Source: a virus
Lineage: Duplodnaviria > Caudoviricetes
DNA length: 64,000 nt
Reading direction: 5' to 3' (one strand)
IMG/VR virus record: IMGVR_UViG_3300029305_004466
In this document: positions 10,667 through 21,596 of the stretch, in pieces
How the letters are laid out: every line of letters starts with the position of its first letter
Numbering within the stretch: position 1 is the first letter of the stretch
The notes under the pieces: generated by a model
Told to the model about the DNA's origin: nothing
Databases searched by the model: none
Seen by the model: the letters and a program-made list of their open reading frames with translations, nothing else
Translations under genes and position numbers: made by a program

Positions 10667-11842
10667 TTAATTATTCAGAATGATAGTTCTTTCTGGTGTT
10701 GCGAAGGACTTAGCCATGCTAATGTTCTTAGCAGAGCAGATTGCACGACCTTCGTTGTAAGTACCGAAACCATAACGTTCGATAACCTTAACGTTATTGA
10801 GGTCTCTTGCTGGGTCACGGAATTCTTCAGTCTTGAGGTCTTCCTTAACAATCTGAACACCTACGTTGTTAGCATCTACACAGAACATATCGAAGGTCTT
10901 GTTAACCTTGTCGATAGGAGCGAATGGAGATAAGCTAACGTTAAATGCAAATGGGATACGACCCTGAATGGATTCAGGACCAAGCTTGAACTGAGCGTTT
11001 GGCATTTCTCTCTTAACTTCACGGTCAAATGGAGCAGTAAGAGAACCAGTTAAGCCGTTACGAGCAAATACAGTCCATACTAACGGATGCATGATTAAGT
11101 CTGTTGGAGTATACTCGTTGTTGTATACACAGATGATTAAGTCAAGTAAATCGTCAATGGACATAGTATCGTTTGGATTGCCTTCAAAGTCAAGACCAGT
11201 AGTACCTGCTTCTGGGAACTGACCTCTTAAGCTGTTATCAAATACTGTCCAACCATGACGCTTCCATTCGTCAAATGCCTTCTGCTCTTTAAGACGAGCC
11301 ATTGCTCTACCTGCCTCAGATAAGAGAACAGAGATAAGGTCGAATTCCAAATCCTTCTGAAGTTCGTCAGTATACTGAATTCTGACACCACTCTTACCAA
11401 CATGGATAAGAGAATTCTTTGCCAGATTCCAGTCTACGCTTTCTTCTGGGATTTCCTGACCTTCGGCAACGTCATGAGCTCTCATAACACCGATGGACGG
11501 GAACATAACAGCCTGACCATTCTTAAGTCTAATCTTCTTATAGAACTTAGAAGCAAGATATACAGGGTCAGCAGCCTTTCTCATAGTACCGATGATAATT
11601 CTTGGAATTAACACCTTAGCCTGTGGAGAAGCTACGAAATCCTTGAATGTAAAGCCCGGTACGTTCTTACCGTCAAGAACTTTAGTGAATGCATCAAATA
11701 CCTTGGCATCGTTTTCTGTCATCTGATAATCTTCGATATCGGAATCTGTAAGTGGTAAGCCTCTTTCCAGCTTATCCTGAATGGACTTCTGAAGCTCTGC
11801 ATTACGAGATTCCATTTGGTCTAAAACATTTAAAATACTCAT
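10667..11842 (-). CDS. Major capsid protein (HK97-fold)
   Basis: 391 aa; AHDVAEGQEIPE and K-x-G-V-R-I-Q-Y-T-D-E segments, C-terminal ERYGFG; strongly biased codons; order portal-protease-decoration-MCP. Confidence 0.85.
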   Translation of the reverse strand: MSILNVLDQMESRNAELQKSIQDKLERGLPLTDSDIEDYQMTENDAKVFDAFTKVLDGKNVPGFTFKDFVASPQAKVLIPRIIIGTMRKAADPVYLASKFYKKIRLKNGQAVMFPSIGVMRAHDVAEGQEIPEESVDWNLAKNSLIHVGKSGVRIQYTDELQKDLEFDLISVLLSEAGRAMARLKEQKAFDEWKRHGWTVFDNSLRGQFPEAGTTGLDFEGNPNDTMSIDDLLDLIICVYNNEYTPTDLIMHPLVWTVFARNGLTGSLTAPFDREVKREMPNAQFKLGPESIQGRIPFAFNVSLSPFAPIDKVNKTFDMFCVDANNVGVQIVKEDLKTEEFRDPARDLNNVKVIERYGFGTYNEGRAICSAKNISMAKSFATPERTIILNN

Positions 11843-11897
11843 GTTAGATTTCCTCCTTGATTATGGTTAGGTGCGGGGGCTTTGCCCCCGCCCTGTA

Positions 11898-13097
11898 TTA
11901 TTTTTTAAGTAATACGAACACTTCGCCCTGTACGCCCTTGAAATCGGAGTAGGAAGGTGTGCCGTAATGCATTGCCTTATATGTTGCAGTAACTGTCTGT
12001 TCGCCAGTAGCCTGAGCAGGAAGCTTAACAGAAATCTTACCAGTTGTGTAGTTGATTGTTACGTTAGCTGCATCTACTACAGTACCTTCAATCTTAACTA
12101 CAACACCCTGCTGTAAGTTCTTTAACTTACCGCCTGCAAAGTCAACAGCTTGGAACTGAACTACAGTATCTTTTGCTGTGCCAGCATCAATAGTACCGAT
12201 AGTCATATCAGTGTACTCTGTATCGTTCTTACCGAAGCCATCGTAGTTACCAGAGCCATCGTGGAGACCCGGAATACCAGTTGGGTTAGTAAGTAACTGA
12301 GACTGATAATTCTGGAAGATTGTGTTGCCTTCAGCGTAGGTAGGGTCGAATGGATAACCTTCGTCAGTTGGCAGATTGGATACGCCAGAACGGTTCATGA
12401 ACTGGTCGTCGTCCTTTCTGTACTGTTCTTCCCATAACATCCACTGTAACCAACCAGTAGGTTCAGCGTTAAGGTCGGAAGCAAGAACCTGACCAACAAC
12501 TTCGTGATAAGAATCCTTAGTTGGGTCCCATTTAGTAAGACGACCAGAAGCAGTAGCCTTTAAGTAGTCACCAGCTTCACACTTACCGATTACAGCACCC
12601 CAAGGCATTCTGTTTTCAACGGAGATAGCAAGTTCTTCCTCAAGTAAGCCTTCCTTAGAAACAGCAGCCGCAGGAGTGAATCCCGGCATGTAAGGAAGTC
12701 TAACATATTCCATAGTGATAATGGATGGCTGATTACCACCGAATCTATCCATCTGGAACCAGTCCTTAGTGAAGTTGTATGGAGCCATACCTACTGTGTT
12801 GCCGTTAAGAGCAAGACCCGGAAGTGTAATAGTTGTAAGGTACTTGTTAGAAACGAAATCCTTAACAGACTTAGAAACACCTACTACACGACCCTTAGGA
12901 ATAACTACTTCTTCCATACCCGGACCGCCATACTGATAATTGAATAATACACCATCTTTGAATACTCCACTCATAGTCTTATCCATGAATGTTGGGTCGA
13001 GAATCCACTTTTCGGCTGGAGACATATGACCAGAACGAACTAATGCGGTATTACTTCTTGAACCCTGTTGGTTTTCATAACCTCTAAATAAAGCCAT
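11898..13097 (-). CDS. Capsid-associated (decoration/minor head) protein
   Basis: Start reassigned to MALFRGY (AGGAGG RBS); between protease and MCP; highly expressed codon bias. Confidence 0.6.
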   Translation of the reverse strand: MALFRGYENQQGSRSNTALVRSGHMSPAEKWILDPTFMDKTMSGVFKDGVLFNYQYGGPGMEEVVIPKGRVVGVSKSVKDFVSNKYLTTITLPGLALNGNTVGMAPYNFTKDWFQMDRFGGNQPSIITMEYVRLPYMPGFTPAAAVSKEGLLEEELAISVENRMPWGAVIGKCEAGDYLKATASGRLTKWDPTKDSYHEVVGQVLASDLNAEPTGWLQWMLWEEQYRKDDDQFMNRSGVSNLPTDEGYPFDPTYAEGNTIFQNYQSQLLTNPTGIPGLHDGSGNYDGFGKNDTEYTDMTIGTIDAGTAKDTVVQFQAVDFAGGKLKNLQQGVVVKIEGTVVDAANVTINYTTGKISVKLPAQATGEQTVTATYKAMHYGTPSYSDFKGVQGEVFVLLKK

Positions 13098-13116
13098 TTT
13101 AGTTTCCTCCTTTTGA

Positions 13117-14637
13117 TTATCGTGAAATCTTATTAACCATGTCATTTACATAGTCATCAATAGATTTCTTTTTATTTGAATCTTCAACTTTTTTCTGTTC
13201 CTTAGAATCTTCTGCCTTAGGCTCTACAGTGTTACCATCAGCGTCTGTAACAGTCGAGTTTGGCTCTCCTGCATTTGCCAAGGTAGGATTCTGTGCCTGA
13301 CCTATAGTTCTCTGAGAATCAGTTGTTGAAGTTTCGTTCTTTTTAGCTGCATCGAAAGCATCCTGTAAATCTTTCATTGAAAGACCAATTAATTCTTTCT
13401 GTCTTTCAGAAGAATTTGAATCTTCTAATTTCTTTTGAGAAATTTCTAATTCAATAATCTGGTCTGCAATTAACTTCTTGTTAGCAAGTGCTAATTCGAT
13501 ACACTGGTCTTTCATAGCAATGGAATCCTGAACAGCTTCTTCCTTTGCTTTTTCAGCGTCTGCTAATTTGGTTTCAGCTTCTTCTTTTGCTTTGTTAGCA
13601 TCAGCAAGCTGTTTCTCTAAATCAGCAATCTTGTTGTTTGCATCTTCTAATTGCTTTGCAACATCTTCAGTATTGTCTTTGGTTTCAGGGGTTTCAGCAT
13701 CAGACTTAGCATCTTCTGCTTTAGCCTCAGGTGTTGATGTATTTGCATCAGTTGCCTGAGCAGCGGTGTTAGTACCTAATAATTCATCAATCATCGCAAC
13801 CAGTTTATTTCTCTGGTCGGTTGATTGAGATGAAGTATTTGGGTTGTTCTTTCCTCCCATGTCTCCGACTCCTTCCTTATTTTTTTCATCTTTATTTTCT
13901 TTATCTTCATCTGTGATAACTGTAACCTTAACAACCTGAGCAAAGTCATCTGCTGGGTTGTTAACTGTAGAAACTTCATGATAAGTAATATCTTTAGCTC
14001 CCCAGTAACATACTTGGTCTTTGTAGGTTTCACCTCTCCAGTGACCACAGAAATTGAATTTACCGTCTTTGAGAATTGTTTTACCACATACATTACATGT
14101 AACAGTTCCCATTGAACCACCAATACTTACTGTACTATAACGCCCATCTAAGAATTTTTCAATAGCATCTTTATCAGTTACTCTTGTTACAAGATGGATT
14201 GCACTTCTTTCATCAGTTAATGCAGAAGGTCCAAACCATGATTGTTTTGTTCTTCCTAAAGGCTCTGAATAAGAATCGTGGTTTTTTAACATTGGCTTTG
14301 GAAATGGATTCATGAAAGTTTCTGCATCCTTTTCCATGCTGTCTTCGTAATAAACACAGTAGTTATGGTTTTTACCAGAGTGAGTTGCTTCTGTTTCAAC
14401 ATCAAGTGCTATGATATTTTTCTTACCGGAAGCAGAATCTTTTAACAACTGTGTTACGTCAACAGCTTCACCTTTTGCGTCAACAAATTTGACTTTGTTC
14501 TCTACACGAATTCTTTCTCTTGAATCGCTAATGTTGCGAACATCTTTTTCACCGACATCGCCATTAAAATCAAAAATTTTCATATCATCTACTGAAAACT
14601 CTTTATTATTGGCATCGGTAATTTTGATTATTGCCAT
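13117..14637 (-). CDS. Prohead protease with C-terminal coiled-coil scaffold
   Basis: PMLKNHD...PLGR...DGRYSTVSIG...C-x2-C...CGH...EVSTVNNPAD protease motifs followed by an A/E/K coiled coil. Confidence 0.8.
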   Translation of the reverse strand: MAIIKITDANNKEFSVDDMKIFDFNGDVGEKDVRNISDSRERIRVENKVKFVDAKGEAVDVTQLLKDSASGKKNIIALDVETEATHSGKNHNYCVYYEDSMEKDAETFMNPFPKPMLKNHDSYSEPLGRTKQSWFGPSALTDERSAIHLVTRVTDKDAIEKFLDGRYSTVSIGGSMGTVTCNVCGKTILKDGKFNFCGHWRGETYKDQVCYWGAKDITYHEVSTVNNPADDFAQVVKVTVITDEDKENKDEKNKEGVGDMGGKNNPNTSSQSTDQRNKLVAMIDELLGTNTAAQATDANTSTPEAKAEDAKSDAETPETKDNTEDVAKQLEDANNKIADLEKQLADANKAKEEAETKLADAEKAKEEAVQDSIAMKDQCIELALANKKLIADQIIELEISQKKLEDSNSSERQKELIGLSMKDLQDAFDAAKKNETSTTDSQRTIGQAQNPTLANAGEPNSTVTDADGNTVEPKAEDSKEQKKVEDSNKKKSIDDYVNDMVNKISR

Positions 14638-14651
14638 ATTGAACTCCTTTC

Positions 14652-16505
14652 TTATGAACCATCAATGTATATGGTAGCGTTCATTTTACATTTCAGATAA
14701 TTCGTAATGGAATCTCCGAATAAGTTAACTCTAATTGTAACCATGTCACTAACACTACCTTTTGATGTTGAATATATATTGACACCAGTTAAGTCATCAT
14801 GTATATTCTGACAAAGTTTTACGGAGTTCTTGATAAGCATTTCATCAACGACTTTGATTAAGGATTCGTCTTCGATTTTTGCTTTTACTGTATACGAAAT
14901 GTCTTTAATATGTTTTGCTACTATACTTTCAACATTGGATTGTAATATTTGTTGTCTATTAGTATAACAATTTATTACATATTTGTCCATTTCATCATTG
15001 ATTTTATTTACATTATCTTTTATGAGACCGATAATAGCATTGTAATTATCTTTTCCTGAGGATGAAGACTTCTTAGTAGGAGTACGTCCTCCAGAATTTT
15101 TCTCTTTGTTGTTTGTTTCTTTACTTCCTGTACCGCCATTAGCTGAAGCAGTAGCTTTAGCCGTCTGCACATCAAGTTCAGCTTGAAGTTTAAGTGTTTC
15201 TCTCGTAATGAGTTCAACAAATAATTTCTCTCTGTCACCATCAGCAATAGGGTCCATACCAAGTAAGTCACGCATTTCATCTTCAGTAATCGCATTGTGT
15301 TCATATTTATAAATGGCGTGAACTTCTTTCTTGATTTTAACATCTACGTCATTATCGTGGAATTTAAGTTCAGCGATTTGGTCTGGATTAAGTACTGGGT
15401 CATATCCGCCTTCCATTAAGATTTCTTTTACTATGAATGAGTTAAAGAACATCTCAATGATTTTGGTAATAGCACGGATTCTGTCAGCCATTTCTGATGT
15501 CATATTGTCACCAGTAGAACGATTGGCTGTATCACCACGACCCCACATAATAGCAGGAATGCCCATACCAGAGAATACTCTATCTTCCATATACCTTAAA
15601 TATGGTTCTGCGTCAATAACTTTATCAGAAGCAATAGGAGTTATTGTAACTCTTTCTGTAGTAACAATACCACCTTCAACATCCATATTGTTGATTTCTT
15701 CGATAATCTTATCCACTTCCGCTTCCGTACCCGGCTGGTCCTCTGTACCAACTTTTACATGATGGAATGGATAAATATTACGATACATCATTTTAAGAAC
15801 GTTTTCTTCTGCTTGTCTTAATGCTCGTATATCATCAAGGACTGGCACTAAGAAACTTGTTCCGTATGCATTACCTTTTGGTCTTTTGTAATAGAAATGG
15901 ATTACATCTTCAGGATTAAATTCCTGTTCACCTGCATCTGTTTCCTGTTTCCACTTACTAATAACGCCATGCTCATCTCTCATTACAGTCATTGTAGAAG
16001 GATTAGCACAGAAATAACCTACAACAGGTTCTTTTCCTGCAAGCCCTTGAACATTAACACCTTGAGGTAATAAGTTAACGTCATTACTTCTTGACTTAAC
16101 AATCATACAGTTTCCGTATTTAACTAAGTCTTCCGCAATATCCATTAAGAATTGATTTGTCGGAGTACTTGTCGCTTCTGCTATGTATTCAAGCCTAAGC
16201 TTTAAATAGTCAACTGTATTAGTGTCTTTCCCGTAAAAACTATACCCTTCTTTAAAAATCTGGTCAACATATTTATCAACACCTTGACGTACATAAGAAT
16301 CTGTATCGTAGGCATTTTGTATGTCTTCCATATTAAAATCTGGTTCTTCAAAGTCTGTATCATCAGTAGTCTTATAAACAAGCTGTTTAATAAACTCTGA
16401 TGCTAATTCTCTTTGTCCCCCAGAAGAAGCGTCCTTAGAAACAGGTGCTGCGGGAAGGAGTTCTTTGAAAAATGTATTGGCTATGAACCGTTTGATTTTA
16501 TTCAT
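14652..16505 (-). CDS. Portal protein
   Basis: 617 aa; DLVKYGNC, FNPEDVIHF...YGTS, ITEDEMRDLLGMDP; lies between terminase and protease. Confidence 0.85.
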   Translation of the reverse strand: MNKIKRFIANTFFKELLPAAPVSKDASSGGQRELASEFIKQLVYKTTDDTDFEEPDFNMEDIQNAYDTDSYVRQGVDKYVDQIFKEGYSFYGKDTNTVDYLKLRLEYIAEATSTPTNQFLMDIAEDLVKYGNCMIVKSRSNDVNLLPQGVNVQGLAGKEPVVGYFCANPSTMTVMRDEHGVISKWKQETDAGEQEFNPEDVIHFYYKRPKGNAYGTSFLVPVLDDIRALRQAEENVLKMMYRNIYPFHHVKVGTEDQPGTEAEVDKIIEEINNMDVEGGIVTTERVTITPIASDKVIDAEPYLRYMEDRVFSGMGIPAIMWGRGDTANRSTGDNMTSEMADRIRAITKIIEMFFNSFIVKEILMEGGYDPVLNPDQIAELKFHDNDVDVKIKKEVHAIYKYEHNAITEDEMRDLLGMDPIADGDREKLFVELITRETLKLQAELDVQTAKATASANGGTGSKETNNKEKNSGGRTPTKKSSSSGKDNYNAIIGLIKDNVNKINDEMDKYVINCYTNRQQILQSNVESIVAKHIKDISYTVKAKIEDESLIKVVDEMLIKNSVKLCQNIHDDLTGVNIYSTSKGSVSDMVTIRVNLFGDSITNYLKCKMNATIYIDGS

Positions 16506-16556
16506 GTTTATTTCACCATCCCGTTTTTCAAAATTTTAATATACGTTATTTAGGCA

Positions 16557-17585
16557 TTAAGTGTAGCTAATTGTAGCATAAACCTTTCTTAACTGTTGTT
16601 TTTCTGCCATTAATTTTTCCATAGAATTCACAAAAAAGGAATTCCCCATCAATGTTTTATTTATATTTTCAATTGAGTTGTCTGTTTCTTTTTCAAAAAA
16701 AGATATTTTAGATAATAAGTAACTTCCTTCTCTAGAGGTTTCTGATACTGTATTATAGAATTCATTTAAGTCTTTTCGTTTAATATAGTAATTATATAAC
16801 GCTTTTCTCGTAGTATCAATACTTTGTTGCATATCATATGAATTACTTCTTGCGTTTATTTCGTCATCTACCTCCAAAAAGAGACGTTGTATCATAGGAG
16901 TTAATATTGGATTATTCACACCATTTTCATCTCTTAAATATGCAACTTGCTCTAATTTAGTACATGCTTCATCTATTTTTACGCTATATGTATTTATGGA
17001 TTTATTCAATACTGAATCAACGGATAATGCTAAATAGTTAATGCCTTTTCCCTGCTTTTCTTTTTCTACAAGCACGGCAGTCATTTCAGCATCTTTTTGC
17101 TTGCATTCTTCGTTTGTAATATTTGAAGTACCATAGTATAAAATTTTTAAAGTATCGCTAATAATATTTATTCTCTCTTTTTCGTTTTCCAGTAATTCGA
17201 TAATTTCTGGGATTTGGCTTTTGCCAATATTTGCTTTATGTGCGTTAAGAAATTCTTTAGCATATTCATTATTTTTTGCTCTTAACGCATTTACAAAAGA
17301 GTTAATATTTGAATATGTATCATGTGTTTCATTATCGAACTCTTTGCATAATCTGTCAATCATTTCGTTTATGATGTCGATATTTTCATTTAAGTTTTCC
17401 AGTACAGCATTAGGTAAATTATTTAAAAAACTTTTTAGTGTAGTTGAATAACTAGCCTTATTAATGTATTGATTGATATTAATAGGCTCTGTTTGTTCAA
17501 CTGGCTTATTGAATTTTTCGTATTTAAGATTGGGACGGTATCCTATGACCGCCCCAGAATCTATTAATTGTTCTTTGATTTCCAT
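16557..17585 (-). CDS. Hypothetical protein (helical)
   Basis: 342-aa ORF coupled to the terminase stop codon. Confidence 0.55.
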   Translation of the reverse strand: MEIKEQLIDSGAVIGYRPNLKYEKFNKPVEQTEPININQYINKASYSTTLKSFLNNLPNAVLENLNENIDIINEMIDRLCKEFDNETHDTYSNINSFVNALRAKNNEYAKEFLNAHKANIGKSQIPEIIELLENEKERINIISDTLKILYYGTSNITNEECKQKDAEMTAVLVEKEKQGKGINYLALSVDSVLNKSINTYSVKIDEACTKLEQVAYLRDENGVNNPILTPMIQRLFLEVDDEINARSNSYDMQQSIDTTRKALYNYYIKRKDLNEFYNTVSETSREGSYLLSKISFFEKETDNSIENINKTLMGNSFFVNSMEKLMAEKQQLRKVYATISYT

Positions 17586-19489
17586 TAAAAAGACCTCCTC
17601 TGGAATGATGGAACTCTTTTATTTTGCCTTCGAACTGGAGTAATACTGATAATACCTTCTTTTTCGGAAGTTTTAATTATCTTTACAAAAGGCTCTTCTT
17701 GGTTTTCACCAATTTCACGGCTCTTAACATGCTCATCTCTTGAATCCAGAGTTCCAATAAATACTGTTTTGATAGAATAAACTTGCTTTAATAAGCTACC
17801 ATACTTTTGCTCAAATAGCAATAGGGCAAGATTCATGGCATCAATTGCGTGTTCATTCTCATCTGTATAGACAGGCATACCAGTACTACTTATGGATTTT
17901 ACTCTATATTCTTCTAATTGAGAAATCATTGATTTATCTGAAGGGTCAAGAATAACTTTACCTTTTTCAAATAAATTAACTGAGTTGTTAACCATGAATG
18001 GCTTAAGGTGTTTCTGGTCTTTTTTCTTAGTATATGGGTCACGAACTTCAATCTTTTGAGAGAATTGATAACCAATAACCTTATCTGCTAAGCCAGTTTC
18101 AGGATGTTCCATACCATATTTATGAAGCATTTCTAATTGTACTTCACCGTAACCACGGTCAATACCTATCCAATCAAACTGGTATTCATCATTCAGTTCT
18201 ATGATTTTGTTCATTGCATTGACGTAAGTAAAATCAGAACGTGGAACTTCTATTCTGAATAACATCTTAAACATAGGAACAATGCGTCCTTCATGGTCTT
18301 GATGGAATCTATCAAGTTCCATGCATACCATATTTGTTGCTGCTGAATATTTATCCCAGTCAACTCCAAGTATTCTAATATTTTGCCCATGCGTTCTTGT
18401 AAGATAAGATTTCCTATCTTCTTTGGACCATTTAGTAATGTATCTATATTTAAGGCGTTCACCTTCCATAATAGCTGCATTGATGAATTTCTTCTGGTAT
18501 ACACCCATTTCTTCTTCACCGAATTCAGCCATAACTTCTTGAGTATATCTCATGTCAGATAATTCATCTCTAATATCTTCAAGATAAGTTTGTTGAGTAT
18601 CTGGATTTATCTTTAATAATTCTTTATTAACGTTGGATGGAGCATATACTTCTGTCCAACCATTACCTTCGCCAATCGCTTTTTCTTCTACTTGATAACC
18701 ACTGAAGCGATTATTTTTAATATCTTCTGCTGTTGGGAAATATCTCTTAGAGGCATTAATACACCAACGGTAATATTCTTCGTGCTTACCAGATGGCGTG
18801 GAAGCACAGATAAGTCTAATACGTTCTGGAGCTTCATTTCTAATATTTAAGATATTCGTAATCTGATTAGAACCTATGTAGTCGCACTCGTCAAGGATAA
18901 GTAAATCTGCTCTTTGACCACGAGTAGAGTTAGCACCGCCAGATGAGTTGTTAGCACCTGCGGTTAAACCTAAAATATTAGAAACAATACCATTAATAGT
19001 AAGGTTTAAATTATGATGTACGTCTCTTGTTATTAATGACTTTAACACCGGAGACATCTCAATCAACTGGTGTAAACGCTTGAAGATTAAGTCAATCTGC
19101 GTTTCATATGGAGTTGCTATAATAATATCGTATTGGTTATTCGGACCTCTATTATATTGTGTGTACGCAAACCATAAAATAAGTACACACATAGAGTCTG
19201 ATTTACCAAGTCTTCGTCCAAGTCTTAATACAAGCTTTTTAGAACGCTTACCTTCTTGGATAATTACATCTTGATAATCTCTAGCTTCCCAGTCAAGATA
19301 AACTTTAGCCCATAATACAGGGTTGTTTGTAATTGTATATTCCAACGCTTCTTTGAAATTTAACCCGTATTGCTTTTGAACAAAATCTACCTTTTTGACT
19401 ATATTCTTATCTAAAGGAATCAAAAGATTCATTATCTGATTGCATTCTATATCATTTAATTGTCCTATTGTTTGTGCTACAGCTGCCAT
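17585..19489 (-). CDS. terL: Terminase large subunit
   Basis: Walker A LGRRLGKS, Walker B LLILDE, ASTP coupling motif, nuclease LGVDW and HAIDA. Confidence 0.92.
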   Translation of the reverse strand: MAAVAQTIGQLNDIECNQIMNLLIPLDKNIVKKVDFVQKQYGLNFKEALEYTITNNPVLWAKVYLDWEARDYQDVIIQEGKRSKKLVLRLGRRLGKSDSMCVLILWFAYTQYNRGPNNQYDIIIATPYETQIDLIFKRLHQLIEMSPVLKSLITRDVHHNLNLTINGIVSNILGLTAGANNSSGGANSTRGQRADLLILDECDYIGSNQITNILNIRNEAPERIRLICASTPSGKHEEYYRWCINASKRYFPTAEDIKNNRFSGYQVEEKAIGEGNGWTEVYAPSNVNKELLKINPDTQQTYLEDIRDELSDMRYTQEVMAEFGEEEMGVYQKKFINAAIMEGERLKYRYITKWSKEDRKSYLTRTHGQNIRILGVDWDKYSAATNMVCMELDRFHQDHEGRIVPMFKMLFRIEVPRSDFTYVNAMNKIIELNDEYQFDWIGIDRGYGEVQLEMLHKYGMEHPETGLADKVIGYQFSQKIEVRDPYTKKKDQKHLKPFMVNNSVNLFEKGKVILDPSDKSMISQLEEYRVKSISSTGMPVYTDENEHAIDAMNLALLLFEQKYGSLLKQVYSIKTVFIGTLDSRDEHVKSREIGENQEEPFVKIIKTSEKEGIISITPVRRQNKRVPSFQRRSF

Positions 19490-19504
19490 TTAAATCCACC
19501 CTAA

Positions 19505-19978
19505 TTAAGTATAATCTCTTGAAGATTTTAAATAATTTCTTGCTTCGTTTCCGAGTACAGAGTTAACATTCTGTCCATTAGTTCTTAACTGATTTATCGC
19601 CCTTTGTCGCATAGTATATCCTGCTCCAGACATATTGAAATACCCAGAACCCATTCGCCCTGAGCCAGTGTATTTCATTTGTTTTTGAAGCTCTGCATTT
19701 TGCTTTGAAGTTCCGATTATCATATCATAACCTGCGGTAGCGGCAAAGTATGCAATTTGTGCCTTACCACCCAATAAAGCACCAACGCCAAAATCCATAG
19801 CTGTTTTTCCTATAGTGGTGGTTATACTATCGCCTTGTTTTCTTGATTCACTAAATGTACTGGCTGTTCCATACAAATCCATTCCAGTACCTACCACTGT
19901 ACCAAGCGTAGGAAGACTAGTTAACCCTATTTTAGATGCACTCTGTAGCACCTTATTTTTAATCATGCTTATAGCCAT
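19505..19978 (-). CDS. Gly/Ala-rich hypothetical protein (possible internal virion protein)
   Basis: 157 aa with amphipathic Gly-rich helices. Confidence 0.5.
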   Translation of the reverse strand: MAISMIKNKVLQSASKIGLTSLPTLGTVVGTGMDLYGTASTFSESRKQGDSITTTIGKTAMDFGVGALLGGKAQIAYFAATAGYDMIIGTSKQNAELQKQMKYTGSGRMGSGYFNMSGAGYTMRQRAINQLRTNGQNVNSVLGNEARNYLKSSRDYT

Positions 19979-19980
19979 AA

Positions 19981-20475
19981 TTATCCCTCTCTCATATTAT
20001 GCAAAGCAAATACTATATCACCACTAACACCAAATTGATTAGGATTGTCAAATGTGTTTTGCACTATATCTTGCATTACTTCTGGATTTCCTCTGGAAAC
20101 TCTATTTATATTTTGGGCAAATCCAGTGCCATCATAGGAAACAAGTCTATCGAGATTATCACCTATTGATACTTTGCCAACTCTTTGTGCTTTTCCAAGT
20201 CCTTCATTTGAAATAGCATCAATAGTGCTCATTGCCATTGTACCACCCGTTAATAAGCCTATTCCAACCCCTGTTAACTTTTTTCCAGCTAATCTTTCAT
20301 ATAATGAAGCATCTTTAAGCTCTTCTTCGGTAATGTCTCTTATTAATGACTTACCTAATTTAGCACCACCTTTTACTGTGCCACCAGCAAGTCCAATTGC
20401 ACCTTTACCTAAAGCTCCAAAGGTTTTTTCTCCAATTGTTCCAGTAACATCAATAGCTTTTCGTATTAAACCCAT
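19981..20475 (-). CDS. Gly-rich hypothetical protein (possible internal virion protein)
   Basis: 164 aa. Confidence 0.5.
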   Translation of the reverse strand: MGLIRKAIDVTGTIGEKTFGALGKGAIGLAGGTVKGGAKLGKSLIRDITEEELKDASLYERLAGKKLTGVGIGLLTGGTMAMSTIDAISNEGLGKAQRVGKVSIGDNLDRLVSYDGTGFAQNINRVSRGNPEVMQDIVQNTFDNPNQFGVSGDIVFALHNMREG

Positions 20476-20479
20476 AATA

Positions 20480-21247
20480 TCACTCCTTAGGTTCGATTAA
20501 TGAATTTAACTCTGTGTTATCTTCATATGCATCGGCTTCATTTGACATATCATCAAAGTCAATAGTATCTATATCTATAATAGTCTGTTCTCGAATAGCC
20601 TTTTGCACTTCTTGGAAAATCTTAATAGCATTTTCAGTAGGGCTTGCAGACTGGCTTCTATCACTAGCCTTATCTTTTCTAGTAGCATTTAACTGATTAA
20701 GGATTTTTACCTTCTTATCCTGTAATACAAGTAAATGTTCTGACTCTGGAGAAATAATATCTCCATAATAAGGTTTACATTTCTTATCTATATCTAATAA
20801 TGTTTTGCCCATGAAATCGCCAGACATAGCTATTTTATTTTCGCATCTCATTTGTTGCACTTCTATGGTAACTAAATCTTTAATTAAAGTAGCATCTACT
20901 AATTCTTCATCTGCAATCATATCTCCACTGGTATTTAAACCAAAATGAAGACAATACTGATTAAATCTGGCTATAATAGCACCGATTTCCATAGGACATC
21001 TTTGCCCTTTAATTCTATTTGCTACATCAACAGTACAGACATCTTTATAAGGACAGTCTTGCTCTTGACATATAATAGGAACAGAAGCAAACATACCATG
21101 CTTAGAAGAACGTATCATAGCAGATTTGCTTATTTCCTGTATAAGAGCAGGATTCAGTCCCCACATTTGGGTCATCGCTGCATTATCATCTACCTTACCT
21201 ATATTTATAATAGGCTGTTTTTGCTTTGTAATAACTTCATCTGCCAT
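20480..21247 (-). CDS. Hypothetical Cys-containing protein (candidate small terminase)
   Basis: 255 aa; C-x4-CPY-x3-C...RCPME cluster plus helical C-terminus; upstream of terL. Function inferred from position only. Confidence 0.4.
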   Translation of the reverse strand: MADEVITKQKQPIINIGKVDDNAAMTQMWGLNPALIQEISKSAMIRSSKHGMFASVPIICQEQDCPYKDVCTVDVANRIKGQRCPMEIGAIIARFNQYCLHFGLNTSGDMIADEELVDATLIKDLVTIEVQQMRCENKIAMSGDFMGKTLLDIDKKCKPYYGDIISPESEHLLVLQDKKVKILNQLNATRKDKASDRSQSASPTENAIKIFQEVQKAIREQTIIDIDTIDFDDMSNEADAYEDNTELNSLIEPKE

Positions 21248-21255
21248 TTTATCAC

Positions 21256-21585
21256 CTATTCACACTTTATATATTTTATATTAGAAAATGCACTGTATTG
21301 GTCGTTTTCATATACAGCTCTTACTTTGTATTCATACTCGTTGAATTTCTTAACTGTTTCATCTACATACATTTTACATTTCAATAATTTATTCCTAAGG
21401 TGTGTATTTCTAGGGAATCTAAGAAATGTAAATGGAGTATCTAAATCTTTTATATCAACGGTATCTAATAAATTACCATTTCTATATATCTCGTATGAGA
21501 GTGCAGTTTCATCGTGCTCCCATACGAGATATCCTTTATTTTCTGAGCATATATATGCAATTGTAAAAAGTACTGGTGTTATCAT
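21256..21585 (-). CDS. Fibronectin type III-like small protein
   Basis: LVW...SYEIYRNG...YVDETV...YEYKVRAV...SAFSN is an Fn3 pattern. Confidence 0.6.
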   Translation of the reverse strand: MITPVLFTIAYICSENKGYLVWEHDETALSYEIYRNGNLLDTVDIKDLDTPFTFLRFPRNTHLRNKLLKCKMYVDETVKKFNEYEYKVRAVYENDQYSAFSNIKYIKCE

Positions 21586-21596
21586 AATCTATCTCC